In this document: positions 56,277 to 64,000 of the stretch, piece by piece
Numbering within the stretch: position 1 is the first letter of the stretch
Layout: each line of letters begins with the position of its first letter
Origin: the human T2T-CHM13v2.0 reference genome, Homo sapiens
Assembly: GCF_009914755.1 (NCBI RefSeq)
Contig: NC_060925.1
Direction: 5' to 3' (one strand)
DNA: 64,000 nt
The notes under the pieces: generated by a model
Seen by the model: only the letters and a program-made list of their open reading frames with translations
Database searches by the model: none
Told to the model about the DNA's origin: nothing
Program-made: the position numbers and the translations under genes

Positions 56277-58884
56277 CTGAAGGTTCCTCCCTCTTTTAGA
56301 CCATCTACGGTAACTTCCTGACGTTGCCATGGCATTTGTAAACTGTCATGGCACTGATGGGAGCGTCTTTTAGCTATTGTGTTATAATTAGCATATAATG
56401 AGCAGTGAGGATGACCAGGTGTGGCTTTTGTAGCCATCTTGGTTTTGGTGGGTTTTGGCAGCTTCTTCACTGCATCCTGTTTTGTTTATCAGTGGGTTCT
56501 TTATGACCTGTATCTCATGCTGACCTCTTGTCTTATCCTGTGACTGAGAACGCCTAACCTCCTGGGAATGCAGCCAGTAGGTCTCAGCCTCATTTTACCC
56601 TATTCAAGATGGAGTCACTCTGGTTCAAACACATCTGACACGAGCACTCAGTGTCTACCCTCACGGGGGTTATGGTGTGAGGAGACCAACAAGAGCTTCT
56701 GGCTTTTTCTAGCTGCTACTTCCTGTTGACCATTGACAGCCACTTTACCCGGCTTTGGTCCCCTCACCTTACTGTTTGAAAGGTATCTAATAATCCCCAT
56801 TTCAGAGATTTATATTTAAATGAAGACATTTAGATGAGAACAATCAGGGTCCTCTTGCTAAATCTGAAGAATCCCGATGTTATCGTTGAAGCCAAGTGCT
56901 CCTTCCTGGCCACATGTGTCCCTTCTGATGAGAAGTTTATCCCTCTCGGTTCCCTGCCACAACTTCCAAGCTGCATGGGACACACCAAGACCCCTCTTCT
57001 AGGCTAAGACAGCACAGTGCAGCCTGGAGTTCAGGGTCTCAGCCTCTGCCTTCAGCAACGCCTCACTCCTCCTGCCCCATGAAGGGAGGACGGTTATTCT
57101 GCAGCAGGGCTGCTGGCACTGGGCCTGGAGGGGAGCCACTGTAAGCCTATCAGGCAGTCCAGAACCAGCACCTGTTCCACTGACAACAGCTAGAATTGTA
57201 AGAAAATGGCCACCAATGGAAAGAGCAGTAGAATAGTAAGGGATTTTTTGTTTTTTGGTAAAATTCCAAGGAAAATACAAGCAAAGCACTGCGAGCGTAA
57301 TAATTTGCCGTTGCATGGACTAAGGGGTAAGGAAGGATGAACTGGTGTATTAAAGGAAATCCAGTTTCGTTCCCACCTATGAAGATTACTCAGGTTTATG
57401 GAGAGTTGTTTTGCTTTGGGCTGTTGCGGAAATAATCTACTTGGAATGAAGTTCTTTCAGCTCCTGGGAACCTTTAATTGTCCTGTGGGCTGGTCATTCA
57501 GGTTGTACATCCACAGACTCACAGAATTGCGTAGCCCTGGGAGGAAGGGACCATAAAGATGAATCAGCCCAGCCTTCCTCAGACATCCTGCGACCACCCC
57601 AGGCCCAGAGAGGCTGTGCCTGGTCCAGGCTGCCGGGTCCCTGCGTCAGCTGTACTGGAACTGTCTGCTGAGTGCGCCCTCCCCCACGGGGCTTCTGTCT
57701 GCTTCTTGGACACCCCTTTCTTCCCCTTGGGGGTCGGCTTTTTAATGGCCAGCTCACCTCTGCCTGAGAGGAGGAATGAATCCCAAGGCTTGGGTTTAGG
57801 GGATGGCTCACCTCTGCCAGCCTGTGCTTCATGTTTGGAGACAGGTGATGGTTAACCAGGCAACAGTCCCTGCCAGTAGTGTGTACACAGACAGTAGTGT
57901 GGCTGGTAGGTTTGGCCAAGGCCTGGAGTTGGATTCCTACCCCTGCCACTGCCTGGCTCCACTGCCCTGGGCCAAGTCCCTGCCCTTCCCAGTGCCCCAG
58001 CCCCTGGACAGCAGTGCCTAGGTGACAGAGAGTGGTCCCTGTCCTACTGAGGGGATGGGAGCACAGTGGAGCGTGACTTCCCGTGAAGCTGCTGTCCGTT
58101 GCTATAGAAATCCAGCCTCGGAACCGGGAGTACTGTCAGTGGTGCTCGGGAAACTTCCCCCTTCCTCCAGCCTGTGCTTCCTGGAGTGACGCGCTGCCAC
58201 AGCTGGAGGCTTCTCTGCAAACGTGTATTATGGTTTTATCTTCTCCCCTCCCACAATGAGTTCTGTCTGTGTCAAGTGTTTAGAGATCATTCGAACCTTT
58301 CTCCTCACCCCTCCCTTCCCCTTTTCCTCAGGGAAAAGCTTGTGCATAACTCAGTAGTAAATGAATTGTCTAAATCATGTAGCAAAACACAAAATAATGT
58401 GACTCCCAGTAGTATATGCCATTATACAACCCAGCTGTACAGTATTTCAGTGTATTCAGAGGACCTCTTTTCCATTACCAAGTGATAGTGTGGAAGGGAA
58501 GATACGTATCCTTTCTAGTTCTGAAATAGCTATATTCTTATTTTCTCTGCTTTTGTGTCATCATTGAAAAATTCCAGCATTCGTTGCAAATGTGTGTCTA
58601 TTTTGAAACAAATGACAAACGAAACAAGAATGCATAGATCTGTAGGTAACCATGCTTAAAGACATTCTGTTTCTTCAAGGGGAATGTGAGTGAATGTGAA
58701 TTGGATCACCCCACAGGAGATTAGTAGGAACTGATTTATTTTGTTGGCAACATTTGTTGACAGTGTGTCCTGGAGTCTTAATATTACAGCTGAAAGGAGA
58801 GATCCTGCCCATCTTAACACTGCGCAGAAGGGACTCGTACAGGCTCTGGCTCCAGACCCGGGCTGGGTTCCTTACTTTGTTTTT

Positions 58885-59355
58885 AATCCTTAAAAGTTGG
58901 TAAAATACATACATCATAAAATTTGCTGTCTTAACCATCCTTAAATTTACAGCTCAGTATCCTCACGCATCCACAGAACTCTTTCATCTTGCAAAACTGA
59001 AACTCTGTCTCATTAAACACTGACTCCCTTCTCCCCTCCCCTCCCCCTGGCAACCACCATTCTACTTTCTGTCTTCATGAATTTGACTCCTCTAGGTCCC
59101 TCATGTTAGTGGAATCATCCAGTATTTATCCTTTTGTGACTGGCTTATTTCACTTAGCATAATGTCCTCAGGGTTCATCCATGTTGTAGCGCGCGTCAGA
59201 GTTTTCTCCCTATTTAGGGCTGAATATTCCATTTTATGGTTAGGCCACATTTTGTTGATCTAGTCACCCATTGATGGACACGTGGGTCCTTATGGCTATT
59301 GTGAATAGTGCTGCTGTGAAATATGGGTATACAGATATCTCTTCAAGACCCCGCT
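58885..59355 (-). mobile_element. L1M (L1MA/MB-type) 3' end
   Basis: Same terminus family as 5668-7700 and 14825-15290. Confidence 0.88.
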
Positions 59356-59368
59356 TTCTTTTGTTTTC

Positions 59369-59698
<330 letters not shown>

Positions 59699-59984
59699 TA
59701 ATAAAAGGCTGGGCTGCATTTTGGGATTAGGACCTCCTGTGGAGGTGGGGGGAGGGTGGGGAAGGAGAACGGTGGCATCCCAGCCAGGAAGCATGAGGGA
59801 TGGCATCCGTCCACCAGGCCACAGGAAGCATAAGGGATGGCCTCCATCCACCCGGCCACTTCTTTCCACATCAGCATTCTTCCGCACTTGGGCCACACAG
59901 GGTCTGCGAGAACTCCAGGTGGCTCTTAGAGTGGCACTGACCAAGTAGTCTGTGTAGGGGGACTCACTGTGCCCCCCATGCTCA

Positions 59985-60215
59985 GAGGCTGTATGGTGAA
60001 GTCGTTAAGGGCCCGGGCTTATATCCAGCCCCGCCAGCTGATCACTCTTGATCTGGGGCAAGTAACTTAACCTCTGTGTGCCTCTGTTTCCTCCTTTGTA
60101 AAATGGGGAAAAAAGTAGTACCTACCTGCTAGGGCTCTTCTGAGGGTGACCTGGGTTAATATAATTAAATATACCTAGTACGTGCATAGTAAGCACCATT
60201 TAAGTGTCTAGAACA
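59985..60215 (+). mobile_element. MIR
   Basis: GGGGCAAGTAACTTAACCTCTGTGTGCCTCTGTTTCCTCCTTTGTAAAATGGGG core. Confidence 0.88.
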
Positions 60216-61811
60216 TTATGGGTAAAAATACGCCTGTGCTTTGGTGAGTCTGGAAGTCTAAAGTGTAACTTTCCTAAGCTGGTCGTTGCCTGCTCTGTTC
60301 ACCTCCGTAAGTTCGCATGCTCATTTGCTGAATGCTGTCTGCATACTTGCTGGTCAGCTACTTCTTGTCCTCTGTCTTACTGTGGGGCCTGCGTGGGAAG
60401 GCTGGGTTTTTCTGAACACTTGCTTATAAATTATCCTCCTTCTGTTCATTTAAAGCCAGATGCTCTCTATGTGAGAATTGGCCCGTACCCTGGGAGAAGG
60501 TTTGAGCTCTCCTGGGTCCTGGGGGCCAGCAATTCCAGGAGAGCCATTTCCTTCCTGTGGCTGCTCTTCAGAGCAGCAGCCTGCAGGCTGGGCCCATCCC
60601 TGGTTCAAACTGTTTTTAGGGGAGTGGGCTGGAGAGCTGCCCAAGTCCATGTCTGAGCAGCTGGTGGAGAGAATGGTGCTGGCTCCTCTAGGCTTCTGGT
60701 ACTCCTGGAGCCTGAGTCCAGAGACTGAACCTTCTAGTCCTTCCCTTGCAGTGGATTCTGGGAATTGGGGTACTGGGCACTGTCAGCCCCATTCCCTGTG
60801 AGCATCTGGGCTTTGGGCAAGGTCCTCACTCTCTCTGGCTTTCAGTTTCTCTGTGTGAAAAATCAGGGGAATCCGCAGCCTGAGAGCTTCTCTGGAAGAT
60901 GTAGTTATTTTTTGGTAAGAGATGTCCAGTCGTTTGCAGCAGCTGCTAGGAATGAAATGCAGAACTGGAGACATTCGAGAGCAGAAGAGCAGAAGCAGCA
61001 ACAAGGTGTAGTGTGTGCAGGTTCCACAGTCACACAGCACCGCTGCCCATCCTTCATGGGGTCCTGAAGTCCCATGCAGAACTGCGGGGTGGTCCTGCTG
61101 AAGTTCTTGTGGATGCTGCTGCTGACCTGTAAAGAGGCATGGCAGGTGCAGTAGGGGCCGAGGAGAAAGAGGTCGTCTGTCGGCCTGAACACTTCCTTGG
61201 TTTTTTCTTGGCTTTACGCAGCATGTTGCTTTTCACATGGGAAAGTGTCAATCCCACGCTCTTATTAAAGCATTGAGTTCTTCCAGGCCTCTGTTGCTGC
61301 TCTGATAACTGAAAGGGTATTGTGCTTGTCTTTATCTGCCACACGCACGTGGGTGACATTGATGCGCCAACCAGATGCCCCCAGCTGTGACAGGCAGAAT
61401 TTAACTGTCGCCCTGCTCAGCGGTCACCAGCTCATCTTGTTTGTCCTGATGATGGTCCCTCCTGTTATTTGGCTGTTTGTCAGATATCAAGAATTTTCTT
61501 TGTAATTAGGCTTTAATTGCTAACTTTTAAATTCTAATCACTTTCAAAATAGCACTCTTTTAAATGGAGGTGACACATCTTAGGACATTCAGAACGATAC
61601 CTCCTATATTTGCCAGAACATATTCCACTTACAAAAGCAGCACCTGCGAGTGCTTGACAGCTGTGTCGTGGGAGGTGGCTTGATGCAGATCCTCCTGGCC
61701 ACACCTGGATCGGGAGGCAGAGCAGGTTGGGGTAGGAGACGTCTCCGTGCTGCCTTCTGGGCCACATGTCAAAGAGTTGACACTGTTATTTCACAACCCT
61801 CTCCCTGTATC

Positions 61812-61955
61812 TAGAGTGACCATGCTATTTAGTGTCCAGACCTGAGTGCTTTTGAGAATGAAAGGGGAAATGTTAATAATTACATGGAGACAGTAGTTAG
61901 TATCCAGAACATTTGTCCTGTTTTGTGCCTGAAACCAAGAAAGACTACTACACTC
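61812..61955 (+). mobile_element. MER81-like hAT-Blackjack relic
   Basis: AGAGTGACCAT..TTTTGAGAATGAAAGGGG..TTAATAATTAC. Confidence 0.6.
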
Positions 61956-64000
61956 GGCTTCTCTATAACCAGAGGATCACAGAGCCAGCGTCACCCGCAG
62001 CACCAAATGATAAAAGCTCAGAGTAGCCGGTGCCTGCACGTGAAGGGCGGTTTGTGTTCCTCGCTACTGGAAGTAGGATTATGGTTGTAATAATTATGTC
62101 GACTTCAGTATTTTTTCCTTAAGAAAGTTTTATTGTGCCAACATCTGCAACAATAGACGCTGTATACTCTTAGGTACCAAGCACCCACCAGGATTTCGCC
62201 ATGCTTGTTTTGTCTTTTCCTGTTTATGCCTGTGTGTGTGTGGTGGGGAGTTAGGGGTGGTAGTGGTGTGTTTTAAAGCAAATCTCGGATGTTATTTTTC
62301 TTCTTGTGATGCTTACTTCAAAGTAAGTACCACTAACCTTGTGCCAGTGTTCTCATGTGGGGCGAGGATTAATTAAAGACTAAGGGATTTGAAGAGCAAC
62401 TATAAAGTATTAAAAAGCCTGGGAGTAGGTGGTTGATTTGGGGCAGAGGTTATGGTGTTGCTGATACAGTGGCTTCTAAGCTTCTTGTGGGAAGGATGAG
62501 TTTATCTTTGGCAGCCTTCAGTGATCTCCCCGCAGGCCTTGAGGTGAGATGTGTAGTGATGTCAGGCTCCTCTCTTGCTTGGTAACCTACAAACCAAGCA
62601 AGGTGAGAGGCCCGGCGGAGCATCCCAAGGGTCTCCCGATGGCCACTCCAGAGCTGCGTCATCTGTTTTCTGCTGCAGCATCTGCAGGCTCTCACTCATC
62701 CCGTTACACTTAGAGCGACCCATGTGCCTGTGGGCCCCTCCTGCCTCAGTACCAAGACTGTCCTTGGCACCCCCTCCCCAACCCCATTCTCAGATCGCCC
62801 CCTGTGTTGCTTGTTAGCAGGCAGGTTCCAGTGCAGACTGGCCGAATCTGAATTTCTCAGTGAGCGTCTCAGAAATCTGCACTGTCAGCTCCCCTGACCC
62901 CTAAGTTTGTGGGGTTTCCTGGCCAGGCCTCAGACTCTGGCAGTCGGGCCTGGGCCTTCTGAGGGGGTTTGTCCTGGAAATCCTGTCTTCCCCCAAGGGA
63001 AGCTCCCCCAAAGGAACCCTTTTAGGTGTCTGGTGTTTGAAGCCAGTCCCCCATTTCCCTCTGTTTTTGTTGTTATCACATACTGTAGGGATGGTTGTAA
63101 TAAATACAGACTTTTAGAGAATGCAGCCAACTTGGTGGTTCTCTGGGGATTCCTCCACTGAGGTCGGGGCTTAGACATTTACACGGTTTTCTTTTGCCTT
63201 TTGAGATTCTTATCCACAGCTAGTTGGTTGAAAGCCACCCACCTTGGCATAGTGCCAATGGGGGCCTTGCCCCGTGTGGTGCCTGATGCAGCACAGCAGG
63301 ACGTCAGGCAAGCCCAGACGTCAGGCAGGCCCAGAACGTCACCTGTCTTCTTGGTGGCAGTGGTTCCATCTGGACTTGGAAATACCATGTTTGAAACAAG
63401 GTCCCTGTAATTACTTAATTGTAAAGAAATGAGAGGTAGCATTTCGGCTTGCTTGCCTACCTGCCCAGCCCCTCTGGGAAGTGTGCCTTTCAAAGATGCT
63501 CGCCGCTTGCATTTTTATTATCCTGTGATTAAGAGAGAGGACGTTGGTCCACTCCTTGTCCAGGCTGCTTTGGGCTGTAGTGGACCTGCTTCTGGTGTTC
63601 CTTGAGGTTCTGCTTTCTTGTGAGGGTTCTTTTTTCTCTCTGCTTCTTATTAATCTGTAGCTGCTTATGTTTTTTGGCTTGGCTAAAAATAAGCACTTTT
63701 CCTTCTTCCTCCTGGGTTAGGAGTGAAAAAGACAGTCTTTGTATTTCTGCTGTTTGGAGTTGGATGTGAGAAATTGATAAGCTAAAAGACTGTGGTTATT
63801 TTTCCCCTCCCTTTTCATGTATCTCGTTAGGGAGCCCTGGAGGAGGAAGCTTTGGGAGGAGTCCCGCGCCTTCTCTCCCGCACCAGGTCTGAGAACTTGT
63901 TCGCAGCTATTCATGTCTTATGTGTGCCTGGTCACCCCTCTTCCTCTTTCAGTTTTGTTTTTTTGTTAATAGCTAAATCACATTTCTGGTTATTTCCTTA

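Overview
Primate, almost certainly human, genomic DNA that reads as the interior of a large intron. I could support no protein-coding exon, RNA gene, CpG-island promoter or CRISPR. The host gene is inferred to be on the + strand because 15 of 19 Alu/FLAM copies and all L1 fragments are antisense to it; I could not identify the gene. Contents: a 21-bp GGATGATGGAGCAGGGAGC VNTR at the left edge, ~19 Alus (many with visible TSDs), L1M 3' ends, MIR/L2 relics, a near-full-length Tigger1 with a decayed transposase, Tigger3a, MER47, MER5, MER104, MER81 and a mariner relic, and at least six solo LTRs (LTR47-like, LTR33-like, a MER4-group LTR, MER39-like, HML-6 LTR3-like, MER41-like with STAT motifs). 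Family names come from recalled consensus sequences, not from a search. Nearly all ORFs in the track are artefacts of repeats or chance. I found no convincing novel gene system. The most unexplained structure is at 43.1-44.4 kb: a ~110-bp unique segment is duplicated 1.13 kb downstream, and the second copy forms the loop of a 44-bp imperfect inverted repeat; a 2x78-bp tandem duplication follows ~370 bp later.
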